Shown here piece by piece: positions 41,978-53,106 of a stretch of 64,000 bases of DNA; positions within the stretch are counted from its first letter, which is position 1, and every line of letters starts with the position of its first letter. The notes below the pieces were generated by a model. The model searched no databases. It was given only the letters and a program-made list of their open reading frames with translations, and was not told the DNA's origin. The position numbers were made by a program, and so were the translations under genes. Source of the DNA: Candidatus Poribacteria bacterium (GTDB taxonomy: Bacteria; Poribacteria; WGA-4E; WGA-3G); contig CAXXLX010000001.1 of the NCBI GenBank assembly GCA_963665235.2, forward strand, positions 448,001-512,000, in the 5' to 3' direction.

Positions 41978-42610
41978 ATGGGATTTCCTGTTTACGATTA
42001 CCGCACAGATGTCCGGAACGTTTTGGTAACACCCCAGATCCGCTCACGTTTCCTGAGAATGGAACCCGGACAGAGTGCACAACTACATAGTCATGACCTC
42101 GGTCACGAGATTTTCCTGATTCTGGAAGGGCGCGTTGAATTTGAAATCGATGGTGAAACGGAAGAGTTAGGCCCAGGACAGATGTGTGTCGCGCTAGCCG
42201 AGCAGCCGCACAAGGTACGTGTGCTCGGAGACGAACCGATGACGATGTATCTATCTGTCACACCCCATATCCATCCGACACACACACCGCGAACAGAAGA
42301 TGGCCAAAGACTTCCACCCAATTTCGCACCAGCGAGTGCTTACGATGTGGAACCGGATATGCAGATATCCGTGTCGGAGCTCGTTAAGCAGCAGATACAT
42401 GCCTCACAACAGCTTGCAGAACTCACCCGAAGGTGTACGGCGGTCCAGGAAGAAATGGGCAGCCAACTCAAAGCCGCAATTGCCGAAGGCGATGAACAGG
42501 CTGCCGCCGCAGCCCGAAAAGCCATGTGGGAAGCAATGTACCCTGTTTACAGAGCAGCCGCTGAACTAGCCGATATTTGGAATGAACTCGCACCACGCGC
42601 GACCTTGTAG
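41978..42610 (+). CDS. Cupin domain protein with helical C-terminus
   Basis: HSHDLGHEIFLILEG...PH. Confidence 0.85.
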   Translation: MGFPVYDYRTDVRNVLVTPQIRSRFLRMEPGQSAQLHSHDLGHEIFLILEGRVEFEIDGETEELGPGQMCVALAEQPHKVRVLGDEPMTMYLSVTPHIHPTHTPRTEDGQRLPPNFAPASAYDVEPDMQISVSELVKQQIHASQQLAELTRRCTAVQEEMGSQLKAAIAEGDEQAAAAARKAMWEAMYPVYRAAAELADIWNELAPRATL

Positions 42611-42756
42611 GATACTTTTTTAATTTGATTTACCGCTCTGATTTATGGTAGAATTACAAAAAACGGTCCTATGTGTAAAACGTCCATGCTCTAGGCGAGC
42701 GATGTGGTACCTACTCTCTAAAAAAAGATTTGACATTCACAAAGCGAATGTGTTAT

Positions 42757-43347
42757 CAAGTCCCAGCTACAAAACCCCTGTGCTTTAGCTGGGGGATGTA
42801 GTAGCGGCGCATGAGCTAAAATTTAACTTGACTTTTGCCTTAAAATGTTGTATAATATTAGCAGCTGCTGGTAAAGAAATACGACCCCGTGTTTACGCGT
42901 GTTCTCTACCAATCCCTTGTATTGGGTAGAGCAGTTGCAGCGAACCACAGACACTGCAAGCGGTATAAACTCTAAATATAGACCGGAATTCCCTGTAATA
43001 GGACGGTCTCACTACTACATATAGGTCTAGCTGGCCTGCTGTTGCCAAGTGCCCAAATACGTGAGCGGACTCTCTACTTAGCTGCCTGATAGTCCCCTGG
43101 AGGATACAAGCTATCTCCAGAGTGCGATGCACTAAAAAACTTGTCCTGATTTTTCCGCTAAACGGGAATTTCATGTATTGTAGGGCAGGGCATTGTCCTA
43201 CTTGGAGTAGAACGTGTTAGACTTGTTTTGTGAAGTCCTTCGGGACAGCAAACTGCAAGCGACGTTTGTTGATACCACAATCTACCCAGAGAGGCATTGG
43301 GCTCTTTACTAAGAATCCCCCATGCTTTAGCTGGGGGAGTATGTCAA
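42757..43347 (+). mobile_element. Non-autonomous IS200/IS605-derived element
   Basis: TTAT|CAAG left end, CCCC..GCTTTAGC..GGGG hairpins at both ends, ends TCAA; internal promoter TTGACT-17-TATAAT. Confidence 0.78.
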
Positions 43348-43747
43348 ACTACATGTATAAAATCGTATAGAAAAGCGTGGAAAATACCTTATTGCGGATT
43401 TTGCTTAACTTAAAATGAACTTTATGTCCCTAAGGTCCTTCGGTAAATGAACTTTATGTCCCTAAGGTCCTTCGGTGCACAAGCGGAGGTATCGTCTGTC
43501 GTTCTCAGCATTTGTAAGCCGGGCCATTCCGCAAGATGTGCTAACCGAGAACCCGAGCCGGTGGGAAAGCACATGAATCCGACAAAATAATCCCCTTTGA
43601 GCTGTCGAAGGAAAGTATATCAGATTGAAATGCCGATTTGCTTCGGTTTCACTTCGTTCAATTATTATAAATTTTTAAGGCATGCGGTTTTTCTTCCGTA
43701 GGTTTCCAAACCGCAAATTACAATAAATTAGCTAAGGAGTATTTTTT

Positions 43748-46609
43748 ATGAAAAACCAATTTTTCAATAGGAGAACCCTGTTTTTCCTATTGGCGATTGT
43801 AACATGTTTGGGATTTACAGCCATGAGTTACGGTGCAGCCACTGTCTCGGTTGATCCCGCTACACTTGAATCCCCAGCGGCCGGGGAACAATTCACAGTA
43901 GATATTACCATAGCAGGCGGCGCAGGCATCGCTGGTTACCAGGTAACCGTAAACTTCGATTCGACTGCGCTCAGTTATGTCTCTATTGCATATCAAGAAG
44001 ATTATCTTGAGAAACCCGCGGACCTATTAAGCCCCGTTACCGTATCTGATAATAGCGTAGTTTTTTGGGCAATAGGTGGTGCGCCGGATGGGGATCACAC
44101 CCTTGCTACGATAACATTTGAGGTTGTGGAAGCGAAAGAATCCGCCATTACCCTATCAGATATTGTTCTTTCTGATGCTGCTTCAGATGCATTAGAAGTC
44201 ACAACAGTAGATGGGGCGATTACTGTTCCCGCGACAGAAGAGCCAACAGACCCAACGGATGAACCAACAGACCCAACGGATGAACCAACAGATCCGACTG
44301 ATGAGCCAACAGACCCAACGGATGAACCAACAGATCCGACTGACGAGCCAACAGACCCAACGGATGAACCAACAGATCCGACTGACGAGCCAACAGACCC
44401 AACGGATGAACCAACAGATCCGACTGATGAGCCAACAGACCCAACGGATGAACCAACAGATCCGACTGACGAGCCAACAGACCCAACGGATGAACCAACA
44501 GATCCGACTGACGAGCCAACAGACCCAACGGATGAACCAACAGACCCAACGGATGAACCAACAGACCCAACGGATGAACCAACAGATCCGACTGAACCAA
44601 CGGAACCGACCGTAGCTACCGTTTCTGTCACTCCCGATACATTTGAATCTCCAGCGGTTGGGGACCAATTCTCTATAGATATTACCATAGCAGGTAGTGC
44701 AGGGGTTGCCGGTTACCAGGCGACTGTAAACTTTGATTCGACTGCACTCAGCTATGTCTCTATTGCATATCGAGAAGACTATCTTGAGAAACCCGCGGAC
44801 CTCTTAAACCCCGTTAATGTATCCGAAAATAGCGTACATTTCTGGGCGTTGGGTAGTGCACCGGATGGTGACCACACGCTTGCTACGATAACATTTGAAG
44901 TGATTGAGGCGAAAGAATCCGCTATTACCTTGTCAAACGTTCTACTTTCTGATGCTGCTTCAGGTGCATTGACAGTCACAACTACAGATGGAATGATCAT
45001 TGCTCCCTCGACAGAGCCACCAGAGCCGCCAGTGGAACCAAAAGAGCAACTCTTTGAAATTACCCTCACCAGCCTCACCGTGGGACCACCGGGAGGACAA
45101 ATCTTTTCGCCACCCATCTTTGCTACACACACATCAGCGGCAAATCTCGGCATGGTTGGGGAACCCGCCAATCCGGCACTCGTCACCCTTGCTGAAACTG
45201 GAGCTGTCTCAGGGTTACTTGCACTTGCTGGAGCCGTAGGCGCGAATACTGCTGTCGCAGATGGGCTAGTTCTTCCGGGCCAGTCCGTTACCGTTCGGTT
45301 AACTGGCAACGCAATGAACAATTCACTTACCGCCGCGGCAATGTTAGTTTCAACAAATGATGGGTTCATCCTTGGCAGTATACCGCTCTACGATGAGGAC
45401 GGTATGCCTGTGTCCACAACGTTGGATTTAATAGCTTTCGATGCAGGTAGCGAAGAAAACACAGAGCTTGCATCCGATATTCCGGGGCCGACCGCTGCCC
45501 TTGAGGAAAACCCAGGCGCAACCAATGCGCGTGTACCAACAGAAGATGGCGTAATCATGCCACACCCTGGCGTTCAAGGCATTGGCGATTTGCCCCCAAC
45601 ACTTTTAGGTTGGACAGAACCGGTGGCGACCCTAACAATCACCCCGGTATCCGATGAAGAGCCACCGGTAGACCCGGAGCCACCGGAACCTACCGAACCT
45701 AGCTATGACATCGTGCTTGAACGCGGATTAAACATGATCGCTGTTCCGCTGATGCCCGAAGAGCCCTACACAGCGGCATCGCTTGCCGAAAAGTTAGGCG
45801 CAACAATTGTCATCAAATTAGAGGCTGACACACAGCGACTCCTCGGCTATTCCGCAGCTGAAGAAGGAGATGGCTTCGCTATCGAAGGTGGAAAAGGGTA
45901 CATCGTCAATACACCCACAGGTGGAACCGTAACATTTACAGGCACTGCATGGAACAACCAAACTGTTGATGCACCCGCTGCACCGAGTACCACCACCGCT
46001 AAGAACGCCTGGGCATTCGTTATCACAAGTCAATTGCATGATAAAGAACCCGGGGCATCTTACACCCTAGTGTCCAAAAACCTTCGCACGGGAGTTGTCG
46101 CAACCAAGAATGTTACCAGCGACGATGCAAGCAGCTCAACTGCCTGGGCAAATCTCGACCTCCAGAGCGTCGTTGAAGCCGGTGATCGGGTTGAAATTAC
46201 ACTCCTCGACGAACGCGGCACCGTTGTCTCCGGACCGTTTGAACGCACAATTCAAACCTCCGATATTCACAACGCATATCTGAGCGTGCAGCTGCGAGTT
46301 GGCGATGTCCGTCCGAACGAAACACTCCTCGGACAGAACTTCCCGAACCCGTTCAACCCCGAAACATGGATACCTTATCAACTGAATCGCGACACCCTCG
46401 TGACCATTGAAATCTTTGATGTTTCCGGGCATTTGGTTCGTACGCTAGACCTAGGACATAAGTCAACAGGCACATACATGACGACTTCAACAGCAGCTTA
46501 TTGGGATGGGAAAAATGACGCAGGCGAAGCTGTCTCCAGCGGGATATATTTCTATGTCCTCAAAACAGAGAACTTCTCTGCAACGCGCAGAATGGTCATC
46601 CTCAAGTAG
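43748..46609 (+). CDS. Secreted scaffoldin-like protein: cohesin, PT linker, cohesin, Spondin_N, T9SS type A/FlgD-like CTD
   Basis: Two AGYQxTVNFDSTALSY cohesin-like repeats; FSPPIFATH, LAETG, MLVSTNDGF, FDAGSEEN (Spondin_N); QNFPNPFNPETWIPY, WDGKN, SGIYFY. Confidence 0.82.
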   Translation: MKNQFFNRRTLFFLLAIVTCLGFTAMSYGAATVSVDPATLESPAAGEQFTVDITIAGGAGIAGYQVTVNFDSTALSYVSIAYQEDYLEKPADLLSPVTVSDNSVVFWAIGGAPDGDHTLATITFEVVEAKESAITLSDIVLSDAASDALEVTTVDGAITVPATEEPTDPTDEPTDPTDEPTDPTDEPTDPTDEPTDPTDEPTDPTDEPTDPTDEPTDPTDEPTDPTDEPTDPTDEPTDPTDEPTDPTDEPTDPTDEPTDPTDEPTDPTDEPTDPTDEPTDPTEPTEPTVATVSVTPDTFESPAVGDQFSIDITIAGSAGVAGYQATVNFDSTALSYVSIAYREDYLEKPADLLNPVNVSENSVHFWALGSAPDGDHTLATITFEVIEAKESAITLSNVLLSDAASGALTVTTTDGMIIAPSTEPPEPPVEPKEQLFEITLTSLTVGPPGGQIFSPPIFATHTSAANLGMVGEPANPALVTLAETGAVSGLLALAGAVGANTAVADGLVLPGQSVTVRLTGNAMNNSLTAAAMLVSTNDGFILGSIPLYDEDGMPVSTTLDLIAFDAGSEENTELASDIPGPTAALEENPGATNARVPTEDGVIMPHPGVQGIGDLPPTLLGWTEPVATLTITPVSDEEPPVDPEPPEPTEPSYDIVLERGLNMIAVPLMPEEPYTAASLAEKLGATIVIKLEADTQRLLGYSAAEEGDGFAIEGGKGYIVNTPTGGTVTFTGTAWNNQTVDAPAAPSTTTAKNAWAFVITSQLHDKEPGASYTLVSKNLRTGVVATKNVTSDDASSSTAWANLDLQSVVEAGDRVEITLLDERGTVVSGPFERTIQTSDIHNAYLSVQLRVGDVRPNETLLGQNFPNPFNPETWIPYQLNRDTLVTIEIFDVSGHLVRTLDLGHKSTGTYMTTSTAAYWDGKNDAGEAVSSGIYFYVLKTENFSATRRMVILK
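44240..44593 (+). repeat. About 17 x 21-bp coding repeat (EPTDPTD linker)
   Basis: Direct repeats with synonymous variants. Confidence 0.95.
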
Positions 46610-46615
46610 GCTTAA

Positions 46616-47010
46616 CACGCCTCCGTCAAATCCCCATGCTTTAGCTTGTGGGATGTAGACGGCTCAGGGCGTTGTTGAAAAATTTAATTTGACTTTTACC
46701 GAAAAATGTGGTATAATTATATCAGCATCGTGGACAGCATTCTCAGACTACACTCTCATGTAGTTGCTGTCCCTCAACCCTGAGAAGTTGCGTGATGCTG
46801 GTGCGAAATCACTGAAAACATTTCGGGATACACCGACGCTACATGTGGAGTAGAATCCCAGTCAACAGTGTGTATCCCCTCAATTCTATTCTAAAACGGG
46901 CAGGCTTAGCTGCCCTAAGTGGAGACGATGTCCGACGAGTTATCCCTCAGGGGTAACCGCTGTTGTCGAGGAAGCACAAGCCCCCACCTTTAGGTGGTGG
47001 GTACTATGAC
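46616..47010 (+). mobile_element. Non-autonomous IS200/IS605-derived element with TnpB omegaRNA-like right end
   Basis: Left hairpin CCCCATGCTTTAGCTTGTGGG, promoter TTGACT..TATAAT, right end AAGCCCCCACCTTTAGGTGGTGGG...TGAC. Confidence 0.7.
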
Positions 47011-47029
47011 CAACTAACACGTAACAATA

Positions 47030-47099
47030 AAAACGCCCCGACTGCCGGTTTTCCGAGCGTGAATCAATTCCGATTAACGTCGGCGGTGGGGCGTTTTTT
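47030..47099 (+). terminator. Intrinsic terminator-like hairpin
   Basis: AAAACGCCCC...GGGGCGTTTTTT. Confidence 0.6.
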
Positions 47100-47114
47100 C
47101 AATTAATTATACCT

Positions 47115-47422
47115 AAGTTGCCACCTAGTAGCACAAACTTCCTAGTTTGGGTCTTCCATAAGGGCGCGAACTAGGAAGTTCACGCTACAATTAACAGCAG
47201 TTTTTGACTAATTAACGCAAGTTGCCACCTAGTAGCACAAACTTCCTAGTTTGGGTCTTCCATAAGGGCGCGAACTAGGAAGTTCACGCTACAATTAACA
47301 GCAGTTTTTGACTAATTAACGCAAGTTGCCACCTAGTAGCACAAACTTCCTAGTTTGGGTCTTCCATAAGGGCGCGAACTAGGAAGTTCACGCTACAATT
47401 AACAGCAGTTTTTGACTAATTA
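47115..47422. repeat. 3 x 104-bp tandem repeat, each with two inverted GTAG REPs (BIME/REPIN-like)
   Basis: Units at 47115, 47219, 47323; GTAGCACAAACTTCCTAGTTTG ... CGAACTAGGAAGTTCACGCTAC. Confidence 0.9.
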
Positions 47423-47453
47423 GATTAATTATACGGTAGAGGTGTCGGTTTTG

Positions 47454-50400
47454 ATGTATCTAAAAAATATCCTATCTATCTCACTCGGACTTATACTCTT
47501 TCTCGCAGCAAGCAACGGAAATGTACTTGGCTACTCCTTTAATCCCCCTGATGGACTAACAGGAGCACCCAATGAAGGCAACTGTACACAGTGCCACGCA
47601 GGCAATGCCCTGAACGACTCAGATGGCTCCCTGATTTTGACTATACCTGAAAACTATTCACCAGGTGAAACCTACGATATTGTTGTCAAATTATCACACC
47701 CAGGACAAAAAAGATGGGGATTCGAAATGACAGCACTGAATAGTAGCGGGACACGCGCCGGCACCTTTGCTACAGCAGATGGAAATACACAAGTTTCTAC
47801 AGCAGGTGGAAAGCAATACATTAAACAGACTCTCTCCGGCGTAGCCACCGATAAAGCAGACTCCAACAGCTGGACATTTAAATGGACTGCACCCACCACC
47901 GATGTCGGAACTATAACATTTTACGCTGCAGGAAACGCTGCAAATAGTGATTTTACCTTCCGGGAAGATTATATCTATACCCAAAAAGCGACATCGGACG
48001 CTCCCCCTATTTATGGGCTTACGCTAATAGGCGTAGGTGCCTTGACAAAACAAACCGCAGATCCAAGTTCAGGTGTTAGTTATACGCTCCAGCTCACGAA
48101 CACCGGCAACACAACCGATACGTTTAAACTATCAACGTCAGGAGCTGTGGCTGCTACCCTCAGTCGCACCACTGTCTCCCTCACACCTAATGCTTCCACC
48201 CAAGTAACAGCCAAAATCGCTGGGACCGCGCTATCGGCTGCGGGAACTTATGATGTCAAGGTTACAGCAACTTCACAAGGGGATAGCGCGCAAACTGCTG
48301 ATATTACAACGACAACAACGGTCCTGCCTATTTACGATGTTACGTTAGCCGGCGTAGGCGCGGTGGCAAAACAGACCACAGACGCAAGCGCGGGGGTTAG
48401 TTATACGCTTCGGATTACAAACACGGGAAATACAACCGATACGTTTAGACTATCAACATCAGGCGATGCGAATGCTACCGTCAATCGAACCTCTGTATCG
48501 CTTGGGCGTGGCGCATCTACCCAGGTAACGGTAACAGTGTCTGACCCTGTGCTATCAACCGCGGGAACTTATGATGTCAAGGTTACAGCAACTTCACAAA
48601 GCGATACAACACAAACCGATGATATTACAACAAAAACCACTGTCCCACCTGTTTACGGGGTCACGCTAACCGGTGTAGGTGCGCTGGCAAAACAGACCAC
48701 AGACGCAAGCACAGGCATCAGCTATACACTCAAAATCACAAACACGGGAAACACAAACGATACGGTTAAACTATCAACATCAGGCGATGCAAATGCTACC
48801 CTTAGCCGGTATGCTATCTCACTTGCGCGCGGGGCTTCCACACAAGTGACAGTGAGGGTTTCTGGTGCTGCACTCGCCGCCGCGGGGAGTTATACTGTCA
48901 AGGTTACAGCAGCATCACAAAACGATACTACAAAAACCGATGACATTACAACAAAAACCACGATCCTCCCGGTTTACGGGGTTGCGTTAGCAGGGGTAGG
49001 CGCACTAGAAAAAGAGACCTCAGATATGAGTTCGGGTGTCAGTTATAGTTATACGCTTCAGGTCAAAAACACAGGAAACACAGATGACACCATACTGCTT
49101 AGCTCCTCAGCAGAAGTCGGCATTGAGGGAAGTGTGCTCGGAACATTCACTCAAACAGGCACACAAGCACAGCAGGTCAGCCAGTTAGAGGTTACACTAG
49201 CCGCCGGAAAATCTGCCGAAGTTATCTTTACAGCAGCAGGGGATGTCTTTACAAAACCGGGCGAATACACAATCGAAGTTACAGCAACTTCGCAAAACGA
49301 TACTACAAAAACCGCCCAAGCAACAACCACTACAACCGTTTTACCTGTTTACGGGGTTGCGTTAGCAGGTGTAGGTGCACTGGCAAAACAGACCACAGAC
49401 GCACGCGCAGGCAGCAGCTATACACTTCGCATTACAAACACGGGAAACACAGACGACACGATACTGCTTAGCTCCTCAGCAGAGGTCGGCATTGGCGGAA
49501 GCGTGCTCGGAACATTCACTCAAACAGTGCGCAAGCACAGCAGACCAGCCAGTTAGAGGTTACCCTTTCCACCGGAACATCTACAGAGGTTATCTTCACA
49601 GCAGCAGGAGACCTTCTTACAAAACCGGGCGAATACACAATCGAAGTTACAGCAACTTCGCAAAACGATACTACAAAAACTGCCCAATCAACAACCACTA
49701 CAACGGTTTTACCTGTTTACGGGGTTGCGTTAGCAGGTGTAGGTGCACTGGCAAAACAGACCGCAGACGCACGCGCAGGCAGCAGCTATACGCTTCGCAT
49801 TACAAACACGGGAAACACAGACGACACGATACTGCTCAGCTCCTCAGCAGAGGTCGGCATTGGCGGAAGCGTGCTCGGAACATTCACCCAAACAGGTGCG
49901 CAAGCACAGCAGACCAGCCAGTTAGAGGTTACCCTTTCCACCGGAACATCTACAGAGGTTATCTTCACAGCAGCAGGAGACCTCCTTACAAAACCGGGCG
50001 AATACACAATCGAAGTTACAGCAACTTCGCAAAACGATACTACAAAAACTGCCCAAGCAACAACCACTACAACGGTTTTACCTGTTTACGGGGTTGCGTT
50101 AGCAGGTGTAGGTGCACTGGCAAAACAGACCGCAGACGCACGCGCGGGCAGCAGCTATACGCTTCGCATTACAAACACGGGAAACACAGACGACACGATA
50201 CTGCTCAGCTCCTCAGCAGAGGTCGGCATTGGCGGAAGCGTGCTCGGAACATTCACCCAAACAGGTTCACAAGCACAGCAGGGCAGCCAGTTAGAGGTTA
50301 CCCTTTCCACCGGAACATCTGCCGAGGTTATCTTCACAGCAGCAGGAGACCTCCTTACAAAACCGGGCGAATACACAATCGAAGTTACGGCAACATCGCA

Positions 50401-51352
50401 AAACGATACTACAAAAACTGCTGAAGCAACAACCACTACAACCGTTTTACCTGTTTACGGGGTTGCATTAGCAGGTGTAGACGAGCTGACAAAAGAGATA
50501 GCGACAGCAGGCGAACCGGTCAGCTATACGTTCAAAATCACAAATACAGGCAACACAGCCGATGTCATAGATATAGCAACGACAGGCGATGCGGCCGCCA
50601 CATTAAGTCAGACCACTATCTCACTATCCGCCGGGGCTTCAGCAGAAGTGACGATGACAGTCCCTACGACCGCACTAGCAACTGCCGGCGATTACGTTGT
50701 CACGTTTACAGTCACTTCCCAGGGGGATAGCACACAAACCGCTAAAACGACAACCACAACCACTCTTCTGCCAGTTACACCGGTTTATAGTGTCACGTTT
50801 GAAGGGGATAGTGAACATACTGGCTCAACCGTGGATGTGCTGTCGGGTGTGAGTTATACACTCACGGTCACAAACACCGGGAATATGGATGACACGATAC
50901 TGCTTGGCTCTTCAGCAGAGGCTGGCATTGAAGGGAGTATGCTCGGGGCATTCGCTGCTATAGATTCACCAGAACAGCGGAGTGGTCAGTTAGAAGTTGT
51001 ACTAGCCGCCGGAACATCTGCCGAGGTTATCTTCACAGCGGCAGGAGATTTCTTTACAAAACCGGGCGACTATGCAATTGAAGTTACGGCAACATCGCAA
51101 GCGGATACCACAAAAACCGCCGTGCTTACCATAACAACAACGATAACCCCTGTACCCTCAGACGTGAATGCTGATGGGGTGGTAAATATTTTGGATTTAG
51201 TGAAAGTTGCCAATCAATTCGGTGAAGTTGGCGATGGTCTCGTTGGGGATGTGAACATAGATGGGCGCGTAAATATCCTTGATTTAGTAAAGGTCTCCTC
51301 CCGTTTCGGTAAGACCCAAGTGGAGATTGTCGAAATCTTGCCGCCCCTTTAA
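47454..51352 (+). pseudogene. Large secreted protein (Reeler-like domain, Ig-like repeats, C-terminal dockerin) split by a 1-bp frameshift
   Basis: One G missing at ~49527 (ACAGTGCG vs ACAGGTGCG in the next 369-bp repeat); restoring it gives about 1299 aa. TGAPNEGNCTQCH, WTFKWTAP, FYAAGNAAN; dockerin DVNADGVVNILDLV...DVNIDGRVNILDLV. Confidence 0.8.
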
Positions 51353-51383
51353 AAAGCAGCTTAGGAGAATACGTGTGTTTATT

Positions 51384-51914
51384 GTAGCATAAACTTCCAG
51401 TTTGTGTCCTTTATTGTAGCATAAACTTCCAGTTTGTGTCCTTTATCGTAGCATAAACTTCCAGTTTGTGTCCTTTATCGTAGCATAAACTTCCAGTTTG
51501 TGTCCTTTATCGTAGCATAAACTTCCAGTTTGTGTCCTTTATCGTAGCATAAACTTCCAGTTTGTGTCCTTTATCGTAGCATAAACTTCCAGTTTGTGTC
51601 CTTTATCGTAGCATAAACTTCCAGTTTGTGTCCTTTATCGTAGCATAAACTTCCAGTTTGTGTCCTTTATCCGTATAAACTTCCAGTTTGTGTCCTTTAT
51701 CGTAGCATAAACTTCCAGTTTGTGTCCTTTATCGTAGCATAAACTTCCAGTTTGTGTCCTTTATCGTAGCATAAACTTCCAGTTTGTGTCCTTTATCGTA
51801 GCATAAACTTCCAGTTTGTGTCCTTTATCGTAGCATAAACTTTTAGTTTGGGTCTTCCGTTCTCCGTTTCATTTCTAACAACCGGTAATGATAGAATAAT
51901 TAATAAAAATGGTA
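51384..51914. mobile_element. Family C MITE lacking the left TIR, 15 x 32-bp REP units
   Basis: GTAGCATAAACTTCCAGTTTGTGTCCTTTATC array followed by the family C right arm. Confidence 0.85.
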
Positions 51915-51994
51915 TTAGAACGAAGACTACCGAAACAGAAGAACTGTGACACCTGCTCTGACGATTAGGATGTCACTCGATATGGAGAAGAAAA

Positions 51995-53062
51995 ATGGCA
52001 TCAAAATATCGGGTCGGAATTATCGGGTGCGGAGGCATTGCCAACGCCCATGCCCGGGGGTACGAAGGCGTTGAAGCGACAGAGATTGTCGCTCTTGCTG
52101 ACCCTGTCCAAGCAGCCCTAGACAGATTCGCGCATACCTACGGCGTGTCGAGTGAAAATTGCTATTTAGACGCACGGGAGATGCTGGACGCAGAAAACCT
52201 TGACATTGTTAGTGTCGCCACATGGCATAAACTTCATGCACCCATGACAATCGCAGCGTGTGCACGCGGTCCAAAAGCGGTGCTTTGTGAAAAACCGATG
52301 GGTGTAAACCTCGGTGAATGCAATGAAATGTTAATCGCTGCAAACCGAAACAGTGTCAAAGTCGTCGTTGGGCATCAACGGCGGTTCAATTCGGCATGGA
52401 CAGATGCCCGCAACCTCATCGCTGCAGGCGCAATTGGTGAACCGCGCCAGATTATCTGCCACGGTGGACAGGGGCTCCTGAACGACTGCTCACACCTCTT
52501 TGATATGATGCGCTACGTCCTCAACGATGCCGCCCCGGAGTGGGTCATTGGAAACGTCGAACGTAAAACCGACCGGTATGAACGCGATATCCAGATCGAA
52601 GACCGCAGTGCCGGAATTGTCGGTTTCGCAGGCGGATGCATCGGCATACTCATGCAGGAAATCGGCAGACCTAACTATCAGGGCGGCACTGTTTACGGAA
52701 CAGATGGCATCGCGGATGTAACAGAAGGCCGCGTACGCCTCCTCAACAGTAAAACAGCCGATTGGGAGGAACGTCCCTCCGATGGAACGAATCAGCACAT
52801 CGCACAAGCAGCCGAATTGGTCGAATGGCTCGAAGGCGGGCCCGAACACCGGGGCGAGGCGAAACATGGACGTGCCGCCGTCGAAATTATCATGGCAATC
52901 TACGAATCCGCACGGATGCACGAAGTGGTACGATTGCCACTCCGAACACATGCAAACCCGCTGGATTTGATGATTGAAAATGGCGATTTGCCCGTCGAAC
53001 GCCCCGGACGCTACGACATCCGGGCATTCCTATTGCATGGCGAGTCTATGAAACCCGACTAA
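51995..53062 (+). CDS. Gfo/Idh/MocA oxidoreductase
   Basis: GIIGCGGIA, CEKPM, HQRRF. Confidence 0.9.
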   Translation: MASKYRVGIIGCGGIANAHARGYEGVEATEIVALADPVQAALDRFAHTYGVSSENCYLDAREMLDAENLDIVSVATWHKLHAPMTIAACARGPKAVLCEKPMGVNLGECNEMLIAANRNSVKVVVGHQRRFNSAWTDARNLIAAGAIGEPRQIICHGGQGLLNDCSHLFDMMRYVLNDAAPEWVIGNVERKTDRYERDIQIEDRSAGIVGFAGGCIGILMQEIGRPNYQGGTVYGTDGIADVTEGRVRLLNSKTADWEERPSDGTNQHIAQAAELVEWLEGGPEHRGEAKHGRAAVEIIMAIYESARMHEVVRLPLRTHANPLDLMIENGDLPVERPGRYDIRAFLLHGESMKPD

Positions 53063-53106
53063 CCTAACACGCGCGAGCGTCTCCACCGCGCACATCAAAA
53101 GAACAG

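Noticed and set aside
44095-44688. Alternate-frame repeat ORFs (SVGSVGS, WFIRWVC, QQTQRMN)
   Set aside because: They are shadows of the 21-bp linker repeat in the scaffoldin.
49375-50424. 349-aa ORF overlapping the dockerin gene
   Set aside because: It is mostly an off-frame reading of the 369-bp repeats, explained by the frameshift.
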